From: a virus
IMG/VR virus record: IMGVR_UViG_3300005826_000069
Location: 4,605 to 68,604 of that record
Strand: one strand, 5' to 3'
DNA: 64,000 nt
The notes under the pieces: model-generated
The model's input: only the letters and a program-made list of their open reading frames with translations
Told to the model about the DNA's origin: nothing
The model's database searches: none
Position numbers and translations under genes: made by a program
Shown here: positions 64,000-64,000 of the stretch, piece by piece
Layout of the letters: each line of letters begins with the position of its first letter
Numbering within the stretch: position 1 is the first letter of the stretch

Positions 64000-64000
64000 C

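Noticed and set aside
1-64000. Diversity-generating retroelement, CRISPR-cas, integrase or transposase
   Set aside because: No reverse transcriptase, cas, tyrosine/serine recombinase or transposase motifs seen, and no TR/VR pair noticed by eye. Lifestyle cannot be fixed because part of the genome lies outside the window.
1-64000. Genome-wide stop-codon reassignment
   Set aside because: Core genes are intact in code 11, and TAA, TAG and TGA all occur as real gene ends.

Overview
The whole window is tailed-phage DNA of high GC and podovirus type (P22-like portal, no tape measure or sheath gene). It probably covers most of a circularly permuted genome, because both edges cut minus-strand late genes. 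Minus strand, ~33.6 kb to 1: TerS, ~6 kb of small accessory ORFs, a tRNA-like element, a collagen-like protein, a SPOUT-like methyltransferase, three large beta-rich virion proteins, TerL, portal, GroES, scaffold, major capsid, adaptor/nozzle proteins and tail fibres. Plus strand, 33.9-39 kb: early host-takeover genes (ART-like protein, DUF932). Minus strand, 39-44.4 kb: nucleases, primase, helicase, HTH regulator. Plus strand, 44.5-50.5 kb: Y-RNA-like leader, mini Ro60 fragment, caspase-fold protease, structured RNA, YqaJ, RecT, SSB. Minus strand, 50.6-64 kb: lysis genes and a >3477-aa polyvalent internal virion protein with GGDEF, HExxH and LPD38-like domains. The strongest leads are (1) the Y-RNA-like / mini-Ro60 / caspase-like unit, (2) a shared early-gene translation-start code (GAAGGAGGCA and GCCATGA) mirrored in structured elements at both convergent operon junctions, (3) a virion-borne diguanylate cyclase domain, and (4) a D-armless tRNA-like gene. 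All family assignments come from recognising motifs by eye; no searches or folding programs were run.
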